In this document: positions 50,504 to 61,839 of the stretch, one piece after another
Numbering within the stretch: the stretch's first letter is position 1
Layout of the letters: every line of letters begins with the position of its first letter
DNA from: Actinomycetes bacterium
Lineage (GTDB): Bacteria > Actinomycetota > Actinomycetes > Prado026
Assembly: GCA_038210415.1 (NCBI GenBank)
Contig: JBBQWS010000003.1
Span: 59,577-123,576 of the forward strand
Direction: 5' to 3'
DNA: 64,000 nt
Notes under the pieces: model-generated
Told to the model about the DNA's origin: nothing
Database searches by the model: none
Seen by the model: the letters and a program-made list of their open reading frames with translations, nothing else
Position numbers and translations under genes: made by a program

Positions 50504-51724
50504 GTGTCTCGTCGTCTGCTTCCTGTCGCCCTCCTGGTCTTCGCCGTCGCGGCGTCGGCCTGCTCCGGGACCTCGGCGACTCCGGCGACTACCGGCAGCC
50601 CGGCGCCTGGCGACTCGGGCATGGCGGGCATGTCGATGAGCCCCAGCTCCGGCAGCGCGTCCGCCACGGCGCCGAGAAGCCCGGTCGACGGCCTCGGGCC
50701 ACTGCCGGGCATGCCCCCGCTGCTGGACCCGAACGACGTCTACGCGGCCGACCGGCCCAACGACCTGTCGCCGGTCGTGCAGGGCTTCCCGAGCCTGGTC
50801 TACGTCCCCAACACCCAGAGCAACACCGTCACGATCATCGACCCGAAGACGTACAAAGTGCTGCGGACGGTCGCAGTGGGCCACGAGCCGCAGCACGTCG
50901 TCCCGTCGTGGGACCTCAAGACGCTCTGGGTCAACAACGACCTGGGCAACTCGCTGACCCCGATCAACCCGGCGACCGGCGCGTTCGGCAAGCCCGTGGC
51001 CGTGCACGACCCGTACAACCTCTACTTCACGCCCGACGGCAAGTACGCGATCGTGATGGCGAGCAAGGACAAGCAGATCGTCTTCCGCGATGCGCACACG
51101 ATGGCCGTCGTACGCCGGGTGCCGGTCTCCTGCCTCGGCGTCAACCACGCCGACTTCTCACCCGACGGCCGCTACTTCGTCGTGTCCTGCGAGTTCTCGT
51201 CGCAGCTGCTCAAGGTCGACACCGCCGCGATGAAGGTCGTCGGCGTCATGTCGCTGCCGGGGGGCGGCATGCCCCAGGACGTCAAGATCGCGCCCGACGG
51301 CCACATGTTCTACGTCGCGGACATGATGCGGGACGGCATCTGGTTCGTCGAGGGCGACACGTTCACCCTGCACGGTCTGCTGCACACCGGCGCCGGTGCG
51401 CACGGGGAGTACATCAGCCGCGACTCGACCAGGATGTACATCTCCAACCGCGGCGAGGGCTCGATCTCGCTGCTGGACGTGCGCACCGACAAGCTCGTCG
51501 GCAAGTGGCGGATCCCGGGCGGCGGCAGCCCCGACATGGGCGGGGTCTCCGCGGACGGCAAGGTGCTCTGGCTGTCCGGCCGCTACAACGGTGTCGTCTA
51601 CGCGATCTCGACCGTCAACGGCGCGCTGCTCGCCAAGATCCCGGTGGGGCTCGGGCCGCATGGGCTGTGCGTCTACCCCCAGCCGGGCCGCTACTCCCTC
51701 GGCCACACCGGCATCTTCCGCTAG
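50504..51724 (+). CDS. YncE/YVTN-like beta-propeller lipoprotein
   Basis: Lipobox ASAC; repeated ...PDG(K/R)... blades; ends PGRYSLGHTG. Confidence 0.8.
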   Translation: MSRRLLPVALLVFAVAASACSGTSATPATTGSPAPGDSGMAGMSMSPSSGSASATAPRSPVDGLGPLPGMPPLLDPNDVYAADRPNDLSPVVQGFPSLVYVPNTQSNTVTIIDPKTYKVLRTVAVGHEPQHVVPSWDLKTLWVNNDLGNSLTPINPATGAFGKPVAVHDPYNLYFTPDGKYAIVMASKDKQIVFRDAHTMAVVRRVPVSCLGVNHADFSPDGRYFVVSCEFSSQLLKVDTAAMKVVGVMSLPGGGMPQDVKIAPDGHMFYVADMMRDGIWFVEGDTFTLHGLLHTGAGAHGEYISRDSTRMYISNRGEGSISLLDVRTDKLVGKWRIPGGGSPDMGGVSADGKVLWLSGRYNGVVYAISTVNGALLAKIPVGLGPHGLCVYPQPGRYSLGHTGIFR

Positions 51725-51863
51725 TCCCCGGCCAGGGTCGTCGCATCCCGTGGAGGGTCCGCGGCGGTCTGCGCCCGCCCATCGCCACACAAGATTCGAG
51801 ACGCCCGCCCGAGGGTGTTGCCGACGCGTACGCTGGCGGCGCCGACGACTTTGGAGCGCGACC

Positions 51864-53282
<1,419 letters not shown>

Positions 53283-54839
53283 GTGGTCTCGGCAGCCGGT
53301 TGGGTGCTGGCGATCGACCTCGGGACGACCGGGTTGAAGGTGGGAGCGGTCGCTGTCGGCGGCGAGATCCTCGCCACCGCGCACACGGAGCTGACGACGA
53401 CCTTCGCGCCCGGCGGGGGCGTCGAGCAGGACCCGGCCGACTGGTGGGCGGGCATCCGGGCGAGTGTCGCCCAGCTGCTCGCCGGCGGCGCGGTCGCTGC
53501 AGCCGACCTGGTCGCGGTCGGCATCACCGGCCAGTACGCCTCGACGGTGCCGGTCGACGCGTCCGGAGATCCGGTGGGCCCGTGCCTGACCTGGGCCGAC
53601 GACCGGGGCGGCCGGCTGGCCCGGGCGACGTACGGCGGAGTGGCAGCCGGCTACAAACCCACCGCGATCGTGCCCTGGCTGCGGTACACCGGCGGGGCGC
53701 CCTCGCCCGGCGGCGCGGACCCCAGCGGGCACGCGCTCTACCTCAAGCACGAACGCCCCGACGTCTACGCCCGCACGGCGACGCTGCTCGAGCCCCTCGA
53801 CTACCTCGGCCTGCGCCTGACCGGCCGGCCTGCTGCGACGCCAGCCAGCATGGTGGCTTCGTGGCTCACCGACAACCGCAAGGGCGCCGCACTGCGCTAC
53901 GTCCCCGAGCTGATCCGGCGGGCCGGACGTGACGCCGACCGGCTGCCGCCACTGGTTCCGTCCGGCTCGGTGCTGGGCGGGCTCAGCGAGCTGGCGGCCG
54001 AGGATCTGGGCCTGCCCGCGGGCGCCCCGGTCGTGACCGGCGTCCCGGACCTGCACGCGGCCTACCTCGCATCGGGCGCGGTGCACGACTACGCGACCCA
54101 CTTCACGATCAGCACGACCGCGTGGGTCACCTGCGCGCTGCCGTTCAAGAAGACCGATGTGCTGCACCAGATCGCGTCGGTGCCCGGCATCCACGCCGAC
54201 CAGTACCTCATGATCAACAACCACGAGACCGCCGGGGTGTGCCTGCAGTGGCTGCGCGACGGCGTGCTGTCCGGTGAATCGTGGAGCCCGACGTACGACG
54301 AGCTCGTCGCGGTGGCGGCCGAGGCGAGGCCCGGCTCCGGCGGCGTGATCTTCACGCCCTGGCTCAAGGGCGAGCGGTCACCCGTCGACGACCGGGCGCT
54401 GCGTGGAGCGTTCCTCGGGATCTCGCTCGAGACCGATCGCGGCGACCTCGTCCGCGCGGTGCTCGAAGGCGTCGCGTACAACATGCGCTGGCTGGTCGAG
54501 GCAGCCGACCGCTTCGCCGGACAGCGGCTCGAACCGCTGCGCGTCCTCGGCGGCGGCGCGAAGTCGGACCTGTGGTGTCAGATTCACGCCGACGTGCTGG
54601 GCCGCCGGGTCGAGCGGGTCGCCGACCCCGAGTACGCCCAGCTGCGCGGCGCGGCGATGTACGCGCTGATCGCCCTCGGCCGGGTCCGGCTCGACGACGT
54701 CCCGGGCCTGACGCCCGCGGCACAGCACTTCGATCCCGACCCCGTCGCCCAGGCGGTCTACGCGCCGCTGTACTCCGAGTTCACCAAGGTCTACGGACGA
54801 CTCAAGGGGATGTACCGGCGGCTGGGTGCACGGCCCTGA
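53283..54839 (+). CDS. FGGY-family carbohydrate kinase (xylulokinase-like)
   Basis: AIDLGTTGLK, VEQDPADWW, ITGQ, PWLKGERSP, RAVLEGVAY, GGGAKSDLWCQI. Confidence 0.9.
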   Translation: MVSAAGWVLAIDLGTTGLKVGAVAVGGEILATAHTELTTTFAPGGGVEQDPADWWAGIRASVAQLLAGGAVAAADLVAVGITGQYASTVPVDASGDPVGPCLTWADDRGGRLARATYGGVAAGYKPTAIVPWLRYTGGAPSPGGADPSGHALYLKHERPDVYARTATLLEPLDYLGLRLTGRPAATPASMVASWLTDNRKGAALRYVPELIRRAGRDADRLPPLVPSGSVLGGLSELAAEDLGLPAGAPVVTGVPDLHAAYLASGAVHDYATHFTISTTAWVTCALPFKKTDVLHQIASVPGIHADQYLMINNHETAGVCLQWLRDGVLSGESWSPTYDELVAVAAEARPGSGGVIFTPWLKGERSPVDDRALRGAFLGISLETDRGDLVRAVLEGVAYNMRWLVEAADRFAGQRLEPLRVLGGGAKSDLWCQIHADVLGRRVERVADPEYAQLRGAAMYALIALGRVRLDDVPGLTPAAQHFDPDPVAQAVYAPLYSEFTKVYGRLKGMYRRLGARP

Positions 54840-55515
54840 CCCCACCGCCGGCGAACGCGTGGTGGACCGCCTCGAGCGGCTGGCGCAAGATCGTGCGGAG
54901 CTTCTCGCGTGCGGACCTGCGCGGGTCGCCGAGGTAGATCTCGTGGTGGTGCCCGCTGGGCCGCAGCCCCTGGTCGACGATCGCCCGGTGCAGCGACTCG
55001 ATGGTCGCCGGCTCGGCGCTGTATGGGCCGACGTGCAGGGTCTGCGCGCACAGCCCCTCGGCCCACGTCTGATAGTGCAGCCGGTCGAGCGCGGGGTTCG
55101 CCCGCTTCGCCATCGCCTCCTCCGCGGCCTGCTTCACGAGCTGCTCGTCGACCGGCGGAAGCTGCAGGATCATCGCCCGCCAGCGCCACCGGTTGCGGCC
55201 GGCGTCGCCAGGCAGCGAGCCTTGCGCGGCGATCCGCGCCATGGCCTGCTCGGCGTCGACCCCCTCGATCCACCACAGCGCCTCGAGCGGCATGACCCGC
55301 GGCGCGTCGCCGGTAGCCTTGCGCACGGCGAAGTGCGCCCCGTAGCTGACGGCGTACAACGCCTGGATCGCGTCGGTGAAGGCAGCATCACCGGGTGCGC
55401 CGCTGCCCTCGACGACGGCGTAGCCCAACTCGGGGACGGCGACGAAGTCGACCAGGTCCTTGCGGGCGGTGTACAGCGCGTCGATCAACGGATCTCCGTA
55501 GCGGCTGGTACCCAT
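54802..55515 (-). CDS. GyrI-like small-molecule-binding domain protein
   Basis: VEGSGAPG, ALYAVSY, PLEALWW, WRWRAMI, LHVGPY, HHEIYLGDPRR, LRTILRQP; 38-nt convergent overlap with the kinase. Confidence 0.82.
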   Translation of the reverse strand: MGTSRYGDPLIDALYTARKDLVDFVAVPELGYAVVEGSGAPGDAAFTDAIQALYAVSYGAHFAVRKATGDAPRVMPLEALWWIEGVDAEQAMARIAAQGSLPGDAGRNRWRWRAMILQLPPVDEQLVKQAAEEAMAKRANPALDRLHYQTWAEGLCAQTLHVGPYSAEPATIESLHRAIVDQGLRPSGHHHEIYLGDPRRSAREKLRTILRQPLEAVHHAFAGGGVRAVHPAAGTSP

Positions 55516-55617
55516 GCGTCGATCGTCCCGCCGGCGGAGGTCGCTCACCACAGCCGAACGTCCCGGGCGCGGGACCTGGCCATAGACTGCGAATCTCGGC
55601 CGTGAGGGGAGTGCTTC

Positions 55618-57387
55618 GTGCGCAAGGTCTTGATCGCCAACCGAGGTGAGATCGCGGTCCGCATCGCGCGGGCCTGTCGCGACGCCGGCCTCGTCAGCGT
55701 CGCCGTCTACGCCGACCAGGACCGCGACGCGCTGCACGTGCGCAGCTGTGACGAGGCGTACGCCCTGGGCGGCGAGACGCCGGGTGCGACGTATCTCGAC
55801 GTCGCCAAGCTGCTCGAGGTCGGCCACCGCGCCGGTGCCGACGCCATCCATCCCGGGTACGGCTTTCTGGCCGAGAACGCCTCGTTCGCCCAAGCCGTCA
55901 TCGACGCGGGGTTCACCTGGATCGGGCCGCCGCCAGCCGCCATCGACTCGCTCGGTGACAAGGTGCGGGCCCGGCACATCGCCGAGAAGGTGGGTGCCCC
56001 GCTCGTCCCCGGCACCTCCGACCCGGTGGACGGCGCCGACGACGTCGTCGCGTTCGCCCGTGAGTTCGGCCTGCCGGTCGCGATCAAGGCGGCGTACGGC
56101 GGCGGCGGCCGCGGCCTCAAGGTGGCCCGGTCGATCGAGGAGATCCCCGTGCTGTTCGAGTCCGCGGTGCGCGAGGCCGTCACGGCGTTCGGCCGGGGCG
56201 AGTGCTTCGTGGAGCGCTTCCTCGACCACCCGCGGCACGTCGAGACCCAGTGTCTCGCCGACCAGCACGGCAACGTCGTCGTCGTGTCGACCCGCGATTG
56301 CTCGCTGCAGCGCCGCAACCAGAAGCTGGTCGAGGAGGCGCCGGCGCCGTACCTCTCGCCGGAACAGCTCGACAAGATCTACACCGCGTCGAAGGCGATC
56401 CTGCGCGAGGCCGGCTACGTCGGCGCCGGCACCTGCGAGTTCCTCGTCGGAGTCGACGGCGTGATCTCGTTCCTCGAGGTCAACACGCGGCTGCAGGTCG
56501 AGCACCCGGTAAGCGAGGAGGTCTCCGGGATCGACCTCGTCCGCGAGATGTTCCGGATTGCCGACGGCGAGGTGCTGGGATACGACGACCCGCAGCTGCG
56601 CGGGCACTCGATCGAGTTCCGGATCAACGCGGAGGACGCCGGCCGCGGCTTCCTGCCCGCGCCCGGAACGCTGACGAGGCTCCGCGAACCGTCCGGACCC
56701 GGGGTCCGGGTCGACGCCGGCTACACCGAGGGCGAGGTCGTACCCCAGGCGTTCGACTCACTCCTCGCCAAGCTGATCGTCACCGGCGCCACCCGCGAGC
56801 AGGCGCTGCAGCGGGCCCGCCGTGCCCTGGCCGACTACGAGGTCGAGGGGATGCCGACCGCTATCGCCTTCCACCGGGCCGTGGTCTCCGACCCCGCGTT
56901 CGCCACCGACGACGACACCCCGTTCAGCATCCACACCCGGTGGATCGAGACCGAGTTCGTCAACACGATCGAGGCCTACTCGGGTCCGGTCGCCGACCAA
57001 GCCGACCCGCCGGAGCGCCGGCAGGTGACAGTCGAGGTGGGCGGTCGGCGGCTCGAGGTCATCCTGCCGTCGGGGCTCGGAGCCGGGGTGCACGCCGGCT
57101 CGAACGGCTCCGGCACCACTGGCCGCGCGCCCACCAGACGTGGCGCTGCCAAGGGGGGAACCGCGCAGTCCGGCGACTCGTTGACATCACCAATGCAGGG
57201 AACGATCGTCAAGCTGGCGGTCGACAACGGGCAGCTGGTCGCCAAGGGTGACCTGATGCTCGTGCTCGAAGCGATGAAGATGGAGCAGCCGCTCACGGCC
57301 CACAAGGCCGGAACCGTCACCGGCCTCGTCGCGGAGGTCGGTGCCACCGTGGCCAGCGGCGCCGTGCTCTGCGAGATCAAGGACTGA
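55618..57387 (+). CDS. Biotin carboxylase/BCCP alpha subunit of acyl-CoA carboxylase (AccA3/BccA-like)
   Basis: [37 protein letters not shown], biotinylation site EAMKM. Confidence 0.95.
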   Translation: MRKVLIANRGEIAVRIARACRDAGLVSVAVYADQDRDALHVRSCDEAYALGGETPGATYLDVAKLLEVGHRAGADAIHPGYGFLAENASFAQAVIDAGFTWIGPPPAAIDSLGDKVRARHIAEKVGAPLVPGTSDPVDGADDVVAFAREFGLPVAIKAAYGGGGRGLKVARSIEEIPVLFESAVREAVTAFGRGECFVERFLDHPRHVETQCLADQHGNVVVVSTRDCSLQRRNQKLVEEAPAPYLSPEQLDKIYTASKAILREAGYVGAGTCEFLVGVDGVISFLEVNTRLQVEHPVSEEVSGIDLVREMFRIADGEVLGYDDPQLRGHSIEFRINAEDAGRGFLPAPGTLTRLREPSGPGVRVDAGYTEGEVVPQAFDSLLAKLIVTGATREQALQRARRALADYEVEGMPTAIAFHRAVVSDPAFATDDDTPFSIHTRWIETEFVNTIEAYSGPVADQADPPERRQVTVEVGGRRLEVILPSGLGAGVHAGSNGSGTTGRAPTRRGAAKGGTAQSGDSLTSPMQGTIVKLAVDNGQLVAKGDLMLVLEAMKMEQPLTAHKAGTVTGLVAEVGATVASGAVLCEIKD

Positions 57388-57388
57388 G

Positions 57389-58825
57389 ATGAACCCGACG
57401 GGGACGGCACGGACCGCAGTGAGCTCAGTAACCGCTCGGCGCCGCACGCGGTCGGGGGCGGTGCTGGCCGCTGTGTTTGTCGCCGCCGTGGCCGGCCTCG
57501 GGCTCGCGGCCGCCACACCGGCCTATGCCGACGCTGTGATCGACCGGGCCGCCCTGGCCCTGCAGACGTCGCCGGTCTACAACGACCCGACCGCCGAGAA
57601 GGCGCTCGCCGACACCGAGGCCGCGCAGGTCCTGGCCGACGTCCAGGCTGCCGGCAGCCCGCTCTACGTCGCCGTGCTTCCGGCCTCGGTCCTCGGCTCG
57701 TACGGTGGGGACCCGCAGAAGGTGATCATCGCGCTGCAGCAGGCGCTCGGCCGCAACGGCACCTTCGCCGTGGTCTCCGGTAACAAGTTCCGGGTGGGCA
57801 ACGACACCGGACTCGACGTCACCGCGATCGCGAACACCGCGTACAACGACCACCGAAGCGAGGGCGTGGCGGCCGTGCTGTCGGCGTTCGCAGGCTCGCT
57901 CGGCACGGTCACGTCCGGCTCCGACACGGGCGGGACCACCGGCGGCGTCGTCGTGAGCGACCCCACGTCGTCCAGCGGCTCGGGTTCGCTGCTCCCGATC
58001 GCCGGGCTGCTCGTCGTCGGCGGGGCCGGGGTCGCGCTGCTGGCCCGCCGGTCGTCGAAGAACGCCAAGAATCGAGCGGCGGCCAACCTCGCCGAGGTCA
58101 AGCCGGTCTTCGAGGAGGACGTCACGAAGTTCGGCGAGGACGTCAACGCGCTTCCGCTCGACATCGACGCGGCGACGACCACCGACGACATGCGCCAGCA
58201 CTACGCGTCCGCGCTGAACGCCTACGACACGGCGAAGGCGAAGCTCGACGCGGCCCCGACGACTATGGCCCTGCACGACGTCTCGGCCGCCCTCGAGGAC
58301 GGCCGGTACAACCTTGCGTGCGTCACCGCGCTGCAGGCCGGGCAGCCGTTGCCGGAGCGTCGTGCCCCCTGCTTCTTCAACCCCGGTCACGGCCCCTCCG
58401 TCCAGGACGTGTCGTGGACGCCGGCGGGCGGGCAGGCCCGGTCGGTCCCGGTCTGCGTCGAATGCGCCGACCGCCTCGCCCGCGGTGTCGACGTCGACGC
58501 CAAGACCGTCCTGGTCGCCGGCCAGCCCACGCAGTACTGGAACGCGGGCCCGCAGTACGCCGGGTACGCCGGCGGCTACTACAACGGGTTCGGCTCGATG
58601 CTGCCCGGCATCCTGATCGGCACCATGCTCGGTGGTGGCTTCGGGGGTGGCTTTGGGGGTGGCTACGGTTACGGCGGCGGCGACTCGGGGCCTGTCGGCG
58701 GCGGCGGAGGCGACGGGGGCGGCGGCGGTTTCAACTTCGGTGACGGCGGCGGGGGCGGCGGCGGCTGGACGTTCGGCGGCGGCGACTTCGGTGGTGGCGG
58801 AGGCGGCGGGGGCGGCGACTTCTAG
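57389..58825 (+). CDS. Membrane protein: exported N-terminal (TPM-like) domain, TM, Cys/His motif and Gly-rich tail
   Basis: Signal peptide ending AYADA; central TM; PCFFNPGHG...VCVECA; C-terminal GGG repeats ending GGDF. Confidence 0.72.
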   Translation: MNPTGTARTAVSSVTARRRTRSGAVLAAVFVAAVAGLGLAAATPAYADAVIDRAALALQTSPVYNDPTAEKALADTEAAQVLADVQAAGSPLYVAVLPASVLGSYGGDPQKVIIALQQALGRNGTFAVVSGNKFRVGNDTGLDVTAIANTAYNDHRSEGVAAVLSAFAGSLGTVTSGSDTGGTTGGVVVSDPTSSSGSGSLLPIAGLLVVGGAGVALLARRSSKNAKNRAAANLAEVKPVFEEDVTKFGEDVNALPLDIDAATTTDDMRQHYASALNAYDTAKAKLDAAPTTMALHDVSAALEDGRYNLACVTALQAGQPLPERRAPCFFNPGHGPSVQDVSWTPAGGQARSVPVCVECADRLARGVDVDAKTVLVAGQPTQYWNAGPQYAGYAGGYYNGFGSMLPGILIGTMLGGGFGGGFGGGYGYGGGDSGPVGGGGGDGGGGGFNFGDGGGGGGGWTFGGGDFGGGGGGGGGDF

Positions 58826-58827
58826 GC

Positions 58828-59450
58828 GTGTGCCACACCGACGACAGCCGACCGCCCGGCCCACCTGTCCGTGGCGAGGTGGCCACCTACGGCGCACTCG
58901 TCCTCGAGGCCGCCGACGGCAACCGGTTCGAGGCGTACCAAGCCCACCCGGTGCGGCCCAGTACCCGCGCGATGGTGATCCTGCCCGACGTGCGCGGCCT
59001 GCACGCCTACTACCGCGACCTCGCCGTGCGGTTCGCCGAAGCCGGGTTCCACTGCGTCGCGCTCGACTACTTCGGCCGCACGGCCGGCGTCGGTCAACGC
59101 GGTGAGGCGTTCGAGTTCTGGCCACATATCGAGCAGACGACACCCGAGGGGGTCGCGGCCGACACGGCCGCTGCGGTCGCCCACGTGCGGTCGGCCGCGC
59201 CCGCGAGGTGGCCGACCGGATCACGGCGCCGCTTCTGCTCCTGCTCGCCGGCGCCGACCAGAGCATCCACGCGGTCGACTTCGACGACCTGCTGACCAGC
59301 CTCACTGCCCGAGGTGTCGAAGCCGGGCGGCAGGTCTACGACGGGGCCCCGCACTCGTTCTTCGACCGCAGCTTCGCCGAGCACCGCGCCGCCTGCGACG
59401 ACGCGTGGGCGCGGATCCTCGCGGTCACCGCCCGGCACTCAGCTCGCTGA
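58828..59450 (+). pseudogene. Dienelactone hydrolase family, internally deleted and frameshifted
   Basis: N-half (ILPDVRGL, YYRDLAVRFAEAG) and C-half (GAD, YDGAPHSFFD, DAWARIL) are in different frames; the nucleophile motif GFCxGG is absent. Confidence 0.75.
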
Positions 59451-60678
59451 TCGCCCGCCGGCCGGACCGCAGCGCGCCCTCCATCAACCCGCCCAGCTCG
59501 TCGTCGGTGTACTCGCCAGCGAAGTGGACCGCACCCACCGGCCGGCCGAGCGCCACCGGGTCCGGGTTCCGCCCGAGAGCGTGCGCCGAGTACGCGCACC
59601 TGGCCCACGGGTCGTCGTGCCAGGTGCTGAGCAGCGCCCCGGTGCGGTCGAGCGTGAGGTCGGGCCGCAGCGCCGCGAGCCGGTCCAGCCAGCTCGCCGG
59701 GCCCGAGTCGACCCGTAGCCCGACCAACGCCGGCATCGACCCCGCGAAGCAGTTGACCAGCGGAGGTACCGAGCCGCTGGCGTCGGTCGCCGTCCAGCAC
59801 CAGAACCGGTCAGGCACCGAGAGCACCGCGCTCGTCGGGGTCGGCGTCGGGGTCGGCGTCGGTGCGGTGCGGGCGGGGGGCTCGGCGAGCGGAACATGCA
59901 GCTTGGCCGCCTGCCCCAGCCCTACCTCGGCAAGGGCGGCGAGCTTGCCCGGCGGCAGCGCGGGGACGAACTCGATCAGCGCGAGCACCGCCGCCGGAAC
60001 GGTCACGACGACGGCGTCCGCGACGAACGACCCGCCGTCGACCCGTACGGTCACCGACCCGCCGTCGTCGTCGTGCTCGATCACCAGCACCGGCGTCGAC
60101 AGCCGAAGGACACCCCCGGTGGCGACGAAGCGGTCGGCCAGCCCGGTCGCGACGAGCTGGTTGCCCCCGGCCACCCGGTGCGTGGGCCGGGGCGCGAACC
60201 CGCCTACGAAGTCGGCGAGAGCGGCGGCCGCGAGGTCCTCCGCCGGCCAGGCCGAGGAGACCGAGGCACGTGCGGCGATGGCCGCCCGGGTGCCCGCCGA
60301 GACATCGAGCGACTCCAGGACGTCGGTGACCGACGCGGTCGCGGGCGCGGCTGCGGCGGCGGCGGCCAGGGCCGGCCCTGCCGCGGCCATCTGGACCAGG
60401 CTGGTCGGATCGCCACCTCGCGGCTCGCGGGCGTAGTAGCTCATCCCTGTCGCCGCGAAGCTCAGCCCGAGGTCGGCCGCGTGCGCGCGCATGAGGTCGT
60501 AGCCGTCGAGGACGAACTCCGCCCCGCGCTCGACCACGCTCCCCGCGAACGGCACCGACCAGACCCGGCCCCCCACCCGGTCCCGTGCCTCGAGCACGGT
60601 GACGCGGTGCCCCGCGGCCAGGCCGTCGACGGCCGCAGACAGCCCGGCGAACCCCGCACCCACGACGACGATGTCCAC
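59425..60678 (-). CDS. Flavin monoamine oxidase family protein
   Basis: VVGAGFAGL, EARDRVGGR, ERGAEF, WHDDPW, HFAGEYT, MEGALRSG; TAGTTT 6 nt before GTG. Confidence 0.88.
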   Translation of the reverse strand: MDIVVVGAGFAGLSAAVDGLAAGHRVTVLEARDRVGGRVWSVPFAGSVVERGAEFVLDGYDLMRAHAADLGLSFAATGMSYYAREPRGGDPTSLVQMAAAGPALAAAAAAAPATASVTDVLESLDVSAGTRAAIAARASVSSAWPAEDLAAAALADFVGGFAPRPTHRVAGGNQLVATGLADRFVATGGVLRLSTPVLVIEHDDDGGSVTVRVDGGSFVADAVVVTVPAAVLALIEFVPALPPGKLAALAEVGLGQAAKLHVPLAEPPARTAPTPTPTPTPTSAVLSVPDRFWCWTATDASGSVPPLVNCFAGSMPALVGLRVDSGPASWLDRLAALRPDLTLDRTGALLSTWHDDPWARCAYSAHALGRNPDPVALGRPVGAVHFAGEYTDDELGGLMEGALRSGRRAISELSAGR

Positions 60679-60712
60679 GCGCGGAAACTAGCACCGGTCC
60701 ACCCGTCCGGCC

Positions 60713-60740
60713 CTCAAGGCGTCCGACCGGCCCGGCCGAT
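60713..60740 (+). promoter_or_regulatory. Candidate sigma28-like promoter
   Basis: CTCAAG-N16-GCCGAT, 9 nt before ATG 60750. Confidence 0.5.
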
Positions 60741-60749
60741 GCATTCGGC

Positions 60750-61838
60750 ATGAGGAAGCCGACCGTCCGGGCTGCGGCCCTGAGCGCGGTCGTCTCGGTC
60801 GGCCTCCTCGCCGTGGGTGCCCCGGTGCCGAGCGCCGGCGCCACCGTCCGCGCGGCCGGGCACGCGCCTCCCCAGGCCCGCGCGGCGCCTCCGGTCGGCA
60901 CCTCGGCGGCCCTGCCTGGCACCTCCTGCCCGGTGTTCCCCGCCGACAACATCTGGCACGCCGACGTCAGCAAGCTCCCGGTGAGTGCCCGCAGCGCCCA
61001 GTGGCTCAGCCACATGCAGGCGGCCAGCCGGAATCTGCACCCCGACTTCGGCCCGTCCGGCGGGATCCCGTACGGCATCCCGTTCACGGTCGTGACCGGG
61101 ACGCACGCGAAGGTGCCGGTGACGTTCGACTACGCCGGCGAGAGCGACCAGGTCGCGTACCCGTTCGGGGCCGACACACTGATCGAGGGCGGGGCCGGCT
61201 CCGGCGGCGACATGCACGCGCTCGTGGTCGACGCGTCGACCTGCCGGTTGTACGAGACCTGGGACACCCGTCAGTCCGGGTCGGCCTGGCTGGCGGGCTC
61301 GGGTGCCACCTGGGACCTGTCCAGCGACGCGCTGCGGACTGCCGGCTGGACCTCCGCGGACGCCGCCGGCCTGCCCATCCTGCCTGGTCTGCTGCGCTAC
61401 GACGAGGTGCTGGCGGGCCACGTCGACCACGCGATCCGCTTTACCACAAACGTGACGGACCGGTCGTACCTGTGGCCCGCCCGGCATCAGGCCGGATCGC
61501 TGAGCGACCCGTCGTACCCGCCGATGGGTGCGTGGTTCCGGCTGAAGGCGGGCTACCCCACCGCCGGGCTCTCACCGGCCACGATCGCCGTGATCGACGC
61601 CATGGAACGGCACGGCCTGGTGCTCGCCGACAACGGCTCGCCGTGGTACTTCCAGGGCACGGCCGACAACCGGTGGCCCGACGCCGTGATCAGCGAGCTC
61701 AAGCGGATCCCGGCGGGCTCGTTCGAGGCGGTCGACGTGTCGTCGTTGCAGGTGAGCGCAAGCTCGGGTCGGGTCGCGGCCCGGGTTCCGACGGCCGGTC
61801 GGCACCAGCCGCACCTCCCGAGCCCGGTGACGGGCTGA
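60750..61838 (+). CDS. Secreted protein of unknown function
   Basis: Signal peptide; CPVFPADNIWH, GDMHALVVD, TSADAAGLPILPGL, HAIRFT, PPMGAWFRL, LADNGS. Confidence 0.75.
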   Translation: MRKPTVRAAALSAVVSVGLLAVGAPVPSAGATVRAAGHAPPQARAAPPVGTSAALPGTSCPVFPADNIWHADVSKLPVSARSAQWLSHMQAASRNLHPDFGPSGGIPYGIPFTVVTGTHAKVPVTFDYAGESDQVAYPFGADTLIEGGAGSGGDMHALVVDASTCRLYETWDTRQSGSAWLAGSGATWDLSSDALRTAGWTSADAAGLPILPGLLRYDEVLAGHVDHAIRFTTNVTDRSYLWPARHQAGSLSDPSYPPMGAWFRLKAGYPTAGLSPATIAVIDAMERHGLVLADNGSPWYFQGTADNRWPDAVISELKRIPAGSFEAVDVSSLQVSASSGRVAARVPTAGRHQPHLPSPVTG

Positions 61839-61839
61839 C

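Noticed and set aside
58630-58825. GGC/GGT-rich low-complexity tract
   Set aside because: Explained by the glycine-rich protein tail.
59834-59863. GTCGG(G/C/T) hexamer repeats in the amine oxidase gene
   Set aside because: Encode an in-frame Pro-Thr linker; unit length is a multiple of 3, so it cannot act as a phase-variable frameshift.
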